A stretch of 64,000 bases of DNA from Candidatus Eiseniibacteriota bacterium (GTDB taxonomy: Bacteria > Eisenbacteria > RBG-16-71-46 > CAZAMP01), in NCBI GenBank assembly GCA_965224245.1, contig OZ245046.1, forward strand, positions 3,008,001-3,072,000, in the 5' to 3' direction. A program made the position numbers and the translations under genes. The stretch's first letter is position 1; each line of letters begins with the position of its first letter. Below are positions 27,872 to 37,261 of the stretch, piece by piece. The notes beneath the pieces are model-generated. The model was not told the DNA's origin. It was given only the letters and a program-made list of their open reading frames with translations, and did not search any database.

Positions 27872-30800
27872 TCAGTTCGACTCCGCCACGCGGGCGATCT
27901 TGCCTTGCTCGACGACCCGGGCGCCGTCGGGCTTCACGATCTCCAACCGATAGAAGTAGACGCCGCTCGCCACCAGATCGCCGTCCTCGTCCCGACCATC
28001 CCACGCGATGCGGTTCAGGTCCACAACGGGATCGGGTTGCTCGAGACGGCGGATCAGGCGCCCCGACAGCGTGTAGATCTTGACCGACGCGGACCGCGCC
28101 GCGCGCGTCACCCGGTAGAACACGTCGGTGTGGCGATCGAACGGATTCGGGAAGACGAAGTACCGCTCGAGCGAGAACGCGCCGACACTCTGCACCTCGA
28201 TCGACTCGGCGCGTTCCGAGGAGCCGGTCGACCAGCGGAGCCCGATCGCGTTGCTGCCGTGGTTGAGGACCTCGGACCCCAGGCCGGCCTCGACGACCCA
28301 GCCGAAGCTGGCCGCGCCCGCGACGATCCCGTCGTCCGCGGGGAGCTTGATCGCGTCCATCGGGTCGCCGTTCAGCGTCAGGTCGACCTCGTCGGCGCCC
28401 AGCCCCACCGGGCTGTCCAGCCGGGCGCGAATGACGGCCGTGGGCTCGATGAAGGACCCGGGCACGATCTCGCGCTCGTTGCCGTCGACGACCTCGTAGA
28501 AGCGAACGTCGACCACGGACGAGAGCGTCACCTCGCGAGGGCGACCGTAGAAGTCGGACACCTCGAACACGAGCTCGTAGTCGTCGGCCCGGAGCGGGGC
28601 GTCGTAGGCGAACGTCCACTCGCGCACGAGCCCCGAGAGCGGATCGACGCCGCTCTCGCGCCGCGTCACCGTGTACTCGCTCGGATCGAGCCAGTCGACG
28701 ACTCCGCCGGCACGCTCCCCGACGCGCACGTCCGCGGAGTCGATCGGCGCCTCGTCGAACACGTGGGCCGCGAAGTGCCGGAGCCGTGTGTCGGCGTCGG
28801 GACCGACCAGCTCGCTCCCGCTGGTGACCGGGTCGGGCGCACCGAGGTCGTCCCACGGCGCATCCCCGGCGTCCTGCCAGACGCGCAGCCGCGGCGGCGC
28901 GAAGTCGATGCGCGTGGCCGGATCACCGAGCGTCACGTACGACTCGACCATGCCGTCCAGCGTGCCCTCGCCTTCGGCCGCCAGGAGGTTCTTGGTCCCC
29001 AGCATGATCTCCCCGATAGTCAGGCCCGGATACCCGGTGTATTCGTCGGCCAGATACGGACGCGAGAACCACGACGAGAACACGGCCCGTTCGATGGGTG
29101 GGTTCGACGAGAGCCACTCGAACCCGCTGCTGGCCACGCTGGCCACGCCTCCGACCTCCGGCTTGGTCAGTAGCTGCTCGGCGATGCAGTCGCCGTCGCC
29201 GTTCTGTCCTTCCAGGCGGCTTCCGAACTCCGCCAGGTGACAGGCGAAGAAGAACCACACCGGGAGCCTGGCGTAGTTCTGGAGACGGTTCACGTCCTGG
29301 GCGAACCCGTCTCCTCCGCTCACGAACTGATTGACGATCAGCACCCACTCGTGGGCGGTCACCTTCCGGTTCCCGTGGCCGGAGAACGCAACGAACAGGT
29401 GCCCGCGGTTGACCGTATCCACGAACAGGCTGTCGAGGTTGAAGTCGTTGCGGAGGTGGCGGCGCGTGCAGGCCCAGTCGCAGCCGGGAGTCACGCAGTT
29501 CTCGGGATAGCCCGGCGTCCCGAATCCGCTGGTGTCGCGACCCAGTGCCGGTAGCCGGTCGATCAGGTCGGTCAGATAGAAGCGCTCGATGCCGAAGTCG
29601 GTGAACCCGGCGGCGCGAATCGTGTCGATCGCGGCCTCGTGGGTGCGGACAAACTCGAGCTCGCTCCGCTTGCAAGTGTAGCCGTCGGTGCCGCCGGTGC
29701 CGCCCAGTCCGCCCGAGTAGAAGTCGTCGGCGAAGAAGAGCCCCCGGTTACGCCACTCCTGGCTCTCGGGTGACGCCTGGAGATCGGTCTCGTAGCGGAT
29801 GATCTTCTCGGACATGGTCTCGGCCTCGGCCAACGATCCCGCCGGGAGCCGCCCCACCATCATCGAGTTGAACGTGTCGTCGTCCTCGACCCCGTCGGGA
29901 TCCTGGATGAACCAGTTGTCCGACTGGATGAAGGGCTTGGAGATGCCCGTGTCCGACACGTTGCCGAGCACGCTGAAGCTCGGGACGTAGTTGGGCTCGG
30001 CGGTGAAGGCGCCGGTCCCCGCGATGCGCGAGACCCCGTAGTAGTCCTCCGACGCGTCGCCGACCAGGAGGAGGTACTGGGGCGCCACGCCCCCCACGGC
30101 GGGCCGCATTCGATAGGCGAACCGCACGTACTCCCGGATCGCCTCGGGCGTGAAGAGCCCGCCCGCGAACTCGTCGTAGACGTCGCTGACGTTGGCCACC
30201 TCGCACCGGTGTCCCAGGCTCTGGCGATGCTGAACCAGGTCGTCGATCCCCGGAGCGAACGCGTCGTGGACCACGACGAGGTAGTCGGCATCGAGTGCGC
30301 CCGAGACCAGATCGGAGAGCGACGACGGCGTGTCCAGCTCGAGCGCCTCGTCGTCGATCTCGGGGATCCCCGCCACGGGCTGGACGACGTAGTCGCGCCG
30401 TCCGCCGACACTGGGGTCGTCGAACACGAGCGTGTTCCCCGCGCCCGCCTCGATGTCGAACCCGAAGAGGGACACCGGCAGATCGGGGTTGGTCGTGTCC
30501 AGGAGCACGACGTCGGCCGGGTTCGTCGTCGGCACGTTGCCGATCTGAAAGCGCACGTGGCCGGTGGCGATGTCGTTCGTGAAGTCGAGGTACCCGTCGT
30601 GCATGCGATAGAGCCGGCGATAGCCGGTCTCGAACCAGTTCACGGACATGTTCATGTTGGCCGGATCGGTGAGCGTCATGACCAGCTGATGGCGTCCGCT
30701 GCCGATGAACTCCGGTCTCAGCGTGAGCCCGCCGCTGTCGTACGTCTGCCGCGTGTCGCCCAGGAACGAGCGCGGCGTGGGGTCGAGGGGCCGGCCCATG

Positions 30801-32212
30801 TCGGTCGGGCTGTCTCCGATGACGATGAACGTCTGATACGTCTTGGCGTTCTGAAACAACCCGCGGTACTCGGCGCGGAATCCGAAGAGCGTGCCCGGCT
30901 CGGGATCGTGGACGTCGAACGGGAGGCGCAGTCCGTACTCGTCGGCGTCGATGAAGACCAGGTTCCAGTAGCTCATCAGCACGTGATCGACGCGCTGGCG
31001 CAGCCGGATGAGGTCGTCGTCGCGGAACGAGTACCAGTAGTAGTGTTCGTTCTCCTCGTGGTGCGTCCAGTGCGCGAACGACGTGGGCTCGGCGTCCGGG
31101 GTGCCGCTGGGCGCGACCGACCGGCTGGGCATGACCGACCCCTCGCCGGGGGCCACCGTGAGCCAGTAGACGTTCTCCGTGCCGTAGCGCGCCTCCGCCT
31201 CGGTGAAGTTCCGCTGCGTGGACGCGTCGCGACCGTAGAACACGAGGAAATCGTCGGCATCGAACATCCCGTCGGAGTCGACGTCGGTCACGCGGATCCC
31301 GATGGGTTCCCTCAGGAACGGGTTTCCGTCCACCTCGTCCAGCTCGGCGGGGTCGTAGGACCGGGAGGTCATCTGGAGATCGGAGAGCGCCGGCGTCTCG
31401 GTCCAGCCGATCGCGCGGAGCGACGCGTGGGATACCCGGACCAGCGCGTTGTCGTCGATGCGGATCTTCACCTCGGGGGCGCTCCCGAGCCGCCCGTGCC
31501 GCCGGAGCGCCGGAGACACCACCTGCGCGCGGCGGTGACGCCAGTGCCTGGCGTCCTCGTCGTTCAGGATGCGACCCCGATAGAACCGCTCGTCACCCCC
31601 TCCGGACGGAACCGAGGTGACCGCGACGCGGCGCGTGGGATCGGGCTCGAACCGCACCTCGAACACCACGCGACGCGTCACCACGAGAGCGGGATTCGCC
31701 CCGCCTCTCGTCCGGAACGGCGTCACCCGGACGCTCGCCACCGCTTGGTTGCGGATGTTGCCCGCCTCGCCGAGCATGGCCACCGAGGCCGGGTAGAGAT
31801 CGGACCGGTCGTACGTGGCGAGATCGGGATCGAAGGACTGCACGGGGGTCGGCATGCCGGCCGGATCGTCGGCCGGCAGGAAGCGTTCGGACGGAAACGG
31901 CGTCACCCGGACGCCGTCGATCTCCGCGAGGTCGGTCTCGAGCACGCGGACGCGGGCGAGCGTGTTGGCCGGAAGCCCGATCACGGTGGTGAAGACCGGG
32001 AGTCGCGGGCGTCCCTCTTCGCGGGTCCGTGCGATGTGGCCGCTCTCGATGTCGACGTAGCCCTCGAGGGCGCCCGGGACGAGCTCGTATGCGCCCAGCT
32101 CGAACGCGACGCGCACGTGCGTCTCGTCACTCTCGATCACCGAGAAGCCCGCGGCCAGCGCGGACGTCACGGCCGCACACTGGAGCAGCAAGAACGATAT
32201 CCAACCGCGCAT
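27872..32212 (-). CDS. C25 (gingipain) family cysteine peptidase, PorU-like, with C-terminal FlgD-Ig/T9SS-type domain
   Basis: Signal peptide, propeptide region, YLLLVGDAS, VGRLP, catalytic His (FSGHGN) and Cys (FACHL), C-terminal FPNPF...IYTLSGRLIR...WDGRDEDG...SGVYFY. Confidence 0.88.
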   Translation of the reverse strand: MRGWISFLLLQCAAVTSALAAGFSVIESDETHVRVAFELGAYELVPGALEGYVDIESGHIARTREEGRPRLPVFTTVIGLPANTLARVRVLETDLAEIDGVRVTPFPSERFLPADDPAGMPTPVQSFDPDLATYDRSDLYPASVAMLGEAGNIRNQAVASVRVTPFRTRGGANPALVVTRRVVFEVRFEPDPTRRVAVTSVPSGGGDERFYRGRILNDEDARHWRHRRAQVVSPALRRHGRLGSAPEVKIRIDDNALVRVSHASLRAIGWTETPALSDLQMTSRSYDPAELDEVDGNPFLREPIGIRVTDVDSDGMFDADDFLVFYGRDASTQRNFTEAEARYGTENVYWLTVAPGEGSVMPSRSVAPSGTPDAEPTSFAHWTHHEENEHYYWYSFRDDDLIRLRQRVDHVLMSYWNLVFIDADEYGLRLPFDVHDPEPGTLFGFRAEYRGLFQNAKTYQTFIVIGDSPTDMGRPLDPTPRSFLGDTRQTYDSGGLTLRPEFIGSGRHQLVMTLTDPANMNMSVNWFETGYRRLYRMHDGYLDFTNDIATGHVRFQIGNVPTTNPADVVLLDTTNPDLPVSLFGFDIEAGAGNTLVFDDPSVGGRRDYVVQPVAGIPEIDDEALELDTPSSLSDLVSGALDADYLVVVHDAFAPGIDDLVQHRQSLGHRCEVANVSDVYDEFAGGLFTPEAIREYVRFAYRMRPAVGGVAPQYLLLVGDASEDYYGVSRIAGTGAFTAEPNYVPSFSVLGNVSDTGISKPFIQSDNWFIQDPDGVEDDDTFNSMMVGRLPAGSLAEAETMSEKIIRYETDLQASPESQEWRNRGLFFADDFYSGGLGGTGGTDGYTCKRSELEFVRTHEAAIDTIRAAGFTDFGIERFYLTDLIDRLPALGRDTSGFGTPGYPENCVTPGCDWACTRRHLRNDFNLDSLFVDTVNRGHLFVAFSGHGNRKVTAHEWVLIVNQFVSGGDGFAQDVNRLQNYARLPVWFFFACHLAEFGSRLEGQNGDGDCIAEQLLTKPEVGGVASVASSGFEWLSSNPPIERAVFSSWFSRPYLADEYTGYPGLTIGEIMLGTKNLLAAEGEGTLDGMVESYVTLGDPATRIDFAPPRLRVWQDAGDAPWDDLGAPDPVTSGSELVGPDADTRLRHFAAHVFDEAPIDSADVRVGERAGGVVDWLDPSEYTVTRRESGVDPLSGLVREWTFAYDAPLRADDYELVFEVSDFYGRPREVTLSSVVDVRFYEVVDGNEREIVPGSFIEPTAVIRARLDSPVGLGADEVDLTLNGDPMDAIKLPADDGIVAGAASFGWVVEAGLGSEVLNHGSNAIGLRWSTGSSERAESIEVQSVGAFSLERYFVFPNPFDRHTDVFYRVTRAARSASVKIYTLSGRLIRRLEQPDPVVDLNRIAWDGRDEDGDLVASGVYFYRLEIVKPDGARVVEQGKIARVAESN

Positions 32213-32420
32213 GAAAACCCCCGTTTTGTCGGTGGTCTGGTGACTCGGCACAAACGTGAGGCTTCTCGGCCGTTCGGGGCTGTTGGTGTCTACACGCCCG
32301 GCATCGGGGCAGTTCCCCCCGCGGCGCCCGGGAGCCCCGGGCCGGGACCCCCGATTGTCCGCCAACCGGCAAACTGCTACATTCTCGCGCTTTCGGTCTC
32401 TCATCGAGGATCCAGTCATC

Positions 32421-33320
32421 GTGTCGTCACGGCTCCGCGTTTACTGGGCGTTCACGCGCCCGTTCACCCTGATCGCCCCGGCGCTGGGAATGTTCTCCGG
32501 CGGCGTCACGGGGCTCGGCGCCGAGCCCCACACGCCCTTCTCGGCCGCGGTCGCGATCAAGATCGCGCTCGGCACCCTGATGGCCGCGCTGCTCAACGGC
32601 GCGTCGAACACTCTAAATCAGATCTACGATCTCGAAAACGACCGTATCAACAAGCCGGGCCGGATGATCCCCAGCGGGATCGTCTCGGTCCGCGAGGCGG
32701 CCTGGGTCTCGGCCGTCCTCTACGCGGCGGCTCTGGCGCTGGCGGCCATCGTCTCGGCCCAGTGCCTCTTGCTGGCCGCCACGGCGGCGGTTCTGACGTA
32801 CATCTACTCGGCGCCGCCGCTTCGCACGAAGCGGACCGCCCTGGGCGCCAACCTGACCATCGCCGTCCCCCGGGGCGTCCTGCTGAAGGTGGCCGGGTGG
32901 TCCACCGTGAAGACGATCTGGGTCCACGAGGCGTGGACCGTGGGGGCCATCTTCGGGATCTTCTTGCTGGGCGCGACGACGACGAAGGACTTCGCCGACA
33001 TGGAAGGGGATCGGGCGGCCGGATGCCGGACCCTGCCGGTGGTCTTCGGCGTGCGGAAGGCCGCCTGGATCACCGCCCCCTTCTTCGTCGTGCCGTTCCT
33101 GTTCATGCCGCTGGGCGCCAGGCTCGGATTCCTGACCGGAAACGCGACCGCATTGACGGTCCTCGGCCTCGGATGCGCGGCCTGGGGGCTCTACGTCGCG
33201 CATCTGATCGTGCGCCGGCCCGAGGAGCTGGCCACCACCGAGAATCACGTCTCGTGGACGCACATGTACGCGATGATGTTCGTGTGCCAGATCGGCTTCG
33301 CGATCGCGTACCTGATCTGA
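32421..33320 (+). CDS. UbiA family prenyltransferase (DGGGP/chlorophyll synthase-like)
   Basis: NQIYDLENDRINKPGRMIPSG, YSAPPLRTK, KDFADMEGD; multiple TMs. Confidence 0.9.
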   Translation: MSSRLRVYWAFTRPFTLIAPALGMFSGGVTGLGAEPHTPFSAAVAIKIALGTLMAALLNGASNTLNQIYDLENDRINKPGRMIPSGIVSVREAAWVSAVLYAAALALAAIVSAQCLLLAATAAVLTYIYSAPPLRTKRTALGANLTIAVPRGVLLKVAGWSTVKTIWVHEAWTVGAIFGIFLLGATTTKDFADMEGDRAAGCRTLPVVFGVRKAAWITAPFFVVPFLFMPLGARLGFLTGNATALTVLGLGCAAWGLYVAHLIVRRPEELATTENHVSWTHMYAMMFVCQIGFAIAYLI

Positions 33321-33333
33321 CGAGGAGAGTCTG

Positions 33334-34062
33334 ATGCCTCGCATCCCGGAGGTCGCGATCGCGATCGGCGCCGGCGTGGCCGGCACGCTCGTCGCCGCGC
33401 TCGTGTCGAACGCATGGCTCTGGCCGGTGCTGGTGGCCACGGCGGTCTATCCGCTCTTCTACGCCGGCGTGCGCGACGGGCGCCTCGGGGCGACCGTGGC
33501 GCGGATGTGCGTGTGGGCGCTGTCGGTCACGGCGACGTTCTGGCTGGTCTGTGCCTGGCGCGGCCTGGAGGCGATCGGTCCCGACGTGATCCGGGGCCCG
33601 GCCTACGCCGACGAGATGCTGCACTGGGTCGCCACCGGCGAGGGTGCCGAGGGAAGTCCGGCGCAGTTTCTCCCGCTGCACGCGCGCCACTTCGGTGGGT
33701 TCGTGATCGCCAGCGCGCTCACCGGCGGCGCGGCCGGCCTCGTGTTCGGCTCCATCCTCCTGGACTACATGAACTTCTACGTGGCGAGCCTGGCCGCGGC
33801 ATCGACCACGCCGGCCCTGGCATACCTGATCGGGTGGCCCGTCTGGGCGATCGTGCGCGTGATCGGCTTCATCGCGGCCGGAACCGCGATCGCGCACCTC
33901 TTCGTGACGCGGGTGCTCCGGCGGGGCACCTGGGATGCGCGTGGCTTTCGCCGCTGGATGCTCGTGAGCGTGGCGTTGGTCCTGGCCGACGTCGTCCTGA
34001 AGTGGACGCTGGCGGAGCCCTGGCGCCATCTGCTTCAGAGCTGGGCGGGTGTGCTCGGCTGA
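33334..34062 (+). CDS. hypothetical polytopic membrane protein
   Basis: RBS GAGGAG, several hydrophobic segments, apparently operonic with the UbiA gene. Confidence 0.75.
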   Translation: MPRIPEVAIAIGAGVAGTLVAALVSNAWLWPVLVATAVYPLFYAGVRDGRLGATVARMCVWALSVTATFWLVCAWRGLEAIGPDVIRGPAYADEMLHWVATGEGAEGSPAQFLPLHARHFGGFVIASALTGGAAGLVFGSILLDYMNFYVASLAAASTTPALAYLIGWPVWAIVRVIGFIAAGTAIAHLFVTRVLRRGTWDARGFRRWMLVSVALVLADVVLKWTLAEPWRHLLQSWAGVLG

Positions 34063-35441
34063 CCCACGATCGCGCCGAGATCGGGCAGTCGCTCGGGATA
34101 GTAACGGACGTTCTCCTGCACCTCGAGCTGCTGCAGGAACTGATCGAGCCGCGCGCCCTGGCGCTGCCGGGTCGTCTGGTCCACGATCCGCCGAAGCCCG
34201 GCCTCGCCCGGGACCTCCATCCCCTGCCGCTCCATCTCCGCGGCGACCTCCTCCGGCGTGGGCTCGAGTCCGCGCCAGAGCTCGCGCAGGAGGGTGTTCG
34301 TGAAGAACTCGTCCCGCTTGCGCTCGACCCGCTCCACGATGTCCGGGCGCTGCACGAGACCCCGCTGCGCGGCGACCTCCTGGACGATGGCCGACAGGGC
34401 CCGCCGACGCGCCAGCACGTGGAGCTGATCGATCTCCTGACCTTTCTTCAGTGCCGACTGCTCCACGCCACCGAGCTCGGCCCAGAGCTCGGCCGCGGTG
34501 AACGAGCGCCCCAGCACGTCGAAGAAGGTGCGGCGTCGATCCTCCTCGGACAGGCGCGGGAGCCGCATGCGACTGGACTGCAGCCCCGACGCCTCCAGGC
34601 TGTCGCGGTGGCCGGCGATCCTGTCGGCGAGGAATCCGATGGTCGACGAGTCGGGCCGGAACATGCCCTGCAGCAGGAGCTCGGACTCGAGATCGGCCAT
34701 CTGACTCCGGCGAACGTCCACGCGCAGTGCGGCCACGATGTCGTCCCGCACGCTCTGGAACGGCTCACGCTCGCGTGAGACGCAGTGGAACAGGTGGGTG
34801 CCGTCGCTGGCGCGCACCGGGTCGCTGGTCGAGCCGACGGGCAACGACAGCGCGGCCTGCTCCAGCGTGGGGGGTAGCTCGCCCACGCCGATCCCACCGA
34901 GGCTCTGGGCGACGATCGTGGAGTCGGTCTCCGCGAGGGCGCGCGCGGCATCGGTGAAGCTCTCACCCCGGGCGAGTGCCGCCTGCATCGCGGCGGTCGC
35001 GGTCTCGTCTCCTCGAAAGTGAAGCAGGGTCGGCTTCTCGGCGTACGTCTCCTCGTGTCGGGCACGCAGCGTGGCCTCGTCGAACACCGGCGGCTCGGGG
35101 TACCGCGTGTCGAGCAGGGCCTCCTTGTAGAGCGTCTCGCGATAGAGCGCCAGCCGCGCATCGTCGCCCTCGGACAGGGCCGGCACGCGTCGCTTGGCCG
35201 CCTCGACCAGCATGCGCATCTGGACGACGCGCCGCAGGAACGCATCGGGCGTGAGCTGGAGGTCGGCCATCGTCTGCCCGTCTTCGAGCAGGAAATCCAG
35301 CTCCGCGACGATCTCGTCGGCGGTGATCTCGTGGTCGCCGTACGTTGCCACGGGCTCGTCGTCCCCGGGACATCCCAGGCCGGTCATCGCGGCCGCCATC
35401 GCGAGCGACGTGATCGCGAGCTGTCGAAGCCGTCTCGTCAC
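34035..35441 (-). CDS. PpiC/SurA-type peptidyl-prolyl isomerase lipoprotein (degenerate)
   Basis: TGLGC lipobox-like, VATYGDHEIT, GESFTDAARAL...SDPVRASDGTHLF. Confidence 0.75.
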   Translation of the reverse strand: MTRRLRQLAITSLAMAAAMTGLGCPGDDEPVATYGDHEITADEIVAELDFLLEDGQTMADLQLTPDAFLRRVVQMRMLVEAAKRRVPALSEGDDARLALYRETLYKEALLDTRYPEPPVFDEATLRARHEETYAEKPTLLHFRGDETATAAMQAALARGESFTDAARALAETDSTIVAQSLGGIGVGELPPTLEQAALSLPVGSTSDPVRASDGTHLFHCVSREREPFQSVRDDIVAALRVDVRRSQMADLESELLLQGMFRPDSSTIGFLADRIAGHRDSLEASGLQSSRMRLPRLSEEDRRRTFFDVLGRSFTAAELWAELGGVEQSALKKGQEIDQLHVLARRRALSAIVQEVAAQRGLVQRPDIVERVERKRDEFFTNTLLRELWRGLEPTPEEVAAEMERQGMEVPGEAGLRRIVDQTTRQRQGARLDQFLQQLEVQENVRYYPERLPDLGAIVGQPSTPAQL

Positions 35442-35521
35442 AAGATCCTCCCGGGCGCTGGGATCGTCCGCGCGCGCATGGTCTGGGCGCTCGAGGCGTC
35501 TCTCGCTTCGAGGCTCGCCCG

Positions 35522-37261
35522 TCAGTCGTGGGAGCCGTTCGCGCTTCCGGACGCCCCGATCAGCTCACCAATGAGCGTTTCGTTCCGTCGAACCGGGAAC
35601 TCCGTCCGCAGCTCCTCGAGCAGCGCGGCCTGCACCTCGGACCGGATCACCGCCTCGCAGCGCGAGAGCAACGTCTCGTCCGAGAGCTCGATCCGACGCA
35701 TCGGTCGCGGTGGACGTCGCTCGAGGACCTTGTAGATCTGGTATCCGTCGGAGACCGGGACGGGCTCGGAGATCGACCCGATCTCGCTCCCGAAGAGAAG
35801 CTCGTCGGACTCGGGGAACGCTCCCCGAGGAATGAACGGCGTGCGCGGGGCGTACTGAGCCTCGGGATCCACGTCGCGCGCGCGGAACGCGACGTCCTTG
35901 AAGTCCTCGCCGTCCATGAGCATGGCGTGGATCTCCTCGGCGTACGCCTCGTCCGACACGACGATGGCGGCGATGCTGACCTGCTCGGGTAGCATGAAGG
36001 CCTCGGGACGTTCCTCGAACATGCGCTCGGCGACCAGGGAATCCAGCCCGCTCAGGTCGGTCTCGGAGTCGAGGTACGTCTGTCCCATGAAACGGCCGAG
36101 CGTCGCGTCCACCCGACACAGCGCCTCGTCGGAGAGCGCGTACGTGCCGGCCCGGTACTCGCGATGCAGCATCATCGCGATGGCCAGCCGCGTCGCGGCC
36201 ACGCGGATGCTGAAGCGGTTGCGCGGCTTGGGCCAGTCCTCGATCTGGAGCGCCGGGAAGAGCTCGAAGAACTCCTCGACCGTGACCACCGGGCCGTCCT
36301 CGGTCGACACGACCGGCGTGTCGGTCGCCTCCCACGCGGGATCGCGGTGCGGCGGCCGGATCATCGAGGGCGTGGGGCGGAGGTGCGCGACGATCTCCTC
36401 GACGCCCTGATCGTGCACCGCGAGCCCGTAGTGCGCCACCCGTTCGTCGGTCCACGCGTCGACGGCCTCCAGATACGGCAGCCGCCGCCGGACGCTCCGC
36501 AGGCGATCGTTCGGAATCGTGACCGGATCCTCGATGGAGTAGAGCACGCTGTCGCAACGTGCGATGTGGTAGCCCAGTCGCGTGCGCACCGGGCCGCCGA
36601 CCTCGCCCTGGTCGAGGAGGCTGGCCATCAGCCGGTACAGCGATGGAAACGTGTCGCCGTACCGGGTCGGCATGAGCCGCCCGCCGGCCGCGCGCGTTCC
36701 GATGTCGATCGAGACCTCCTTGGCGAGCTCGCCGAAGTCCTCGCCGTCCTCGAGACGCTTCATGATCCCCGGGATCTCGTCCTCGCTCTCGACGACGATC
36801 TGACGGCCCATCCAGAGCAGCGAGCGATCGTCCCGGAACGACTCGATCGCCTCGTCGGTGAGGGCCTCCTCGTCGGGGTGGAAGGACGTCCGGACCGACT
36901 CCCAGATCTCGGCGATCTCGTCGTACCGACGCGCGCTGTCCTCGAGCGCCACGGCACCTTCCAGGTGGGCCCGGGCGCCGAGCCAGAGCAGGCGACGATC
37001 GATCAGATTGCCGAGGGCCTGCTCCTGGCGCGCGGCCTCGTCGGGAAGCGTCGGATCGGTGACCTCGGGGAGTTCCACGTCGAACGCGGTCCGCGTGATC
37101 GGCTCGTCGCCCACCGTGGCCAGAACGTCGGAGGGCATCGGGGTCGCGGCGGCCATGACCGGGCCGGCCAGGAACGCGCCGCTCGCGCAGACCACCCGCA
37201 CCCGCATGAGCGCCGACGACACGCGGAGCCGGATGTCGAGGCGCCCGTCAGCCATGCTCAC
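35522..37261 (-). CDS. PpiC/SurA-type peptidyl-prolyl isomerase with two parvulin-like domains
   Basis: LATVGDEPIT, GEDFGELAKEVSID...GGRL, GPVRTRLGYHI; second GEDFKDVA...ISEPV...GYQIYKV. Start uncertain. Confidence 0.8.
   Translation of the reverse strand: MSMADGRLDIRLRVSSALMRVRVVCASGAFLAGPVMAAATPMPSDVLATVGDEPITRTAFDVELPEVTDPTLPDEAARQEQALGNLIDRRLLWLGARAHLEGAVALEDSARRYDEIAEIWESVRTSFHPDEEALTDEAIESFRDDRSLLWMGRQIVVESEDEIPGIMKRLEDGEDFGELAKEVSIDIGTRAAGGRLMPTRYGDTFPSLYRLMASLLDQGEVGGPVRTRLGYHIARCDSVLYSIEDPVTIPNDRLRSVRRRLPYLEAVDAWTDERVAHYGLAVHDQGVEEIVAHLRPTPSMIRPPHRDPAWEATDTPVVSTEDGPVVTVEEFFELFPALQIEDWPKPRNRFSIRVAATRLAIAMMLHREYRAGTYALSDEALCRVDATLGRFMGQTYLDSETDLSGLDSLVAERMFEERPEAFMLPEQVSIAAIVVSDEAYAEEIHAMLMDGEDFKDVAFRARDVDPEAQYAPRTPFIPRGAFPESDELLFGSEIGSISEPVPVSDGYQIYKVLERRPPRPMRRIELSDETLLSRCEAVIRSEVQAALLEELRTEFPVRRNETLIGELIGASGSANGSHD

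Noticed and set aside
27819-28856. N-terminal extension of the HEAT/cyclophilin ORF
   Set aside because: It overlaps the C25 peptidase C-terminus in another frame.
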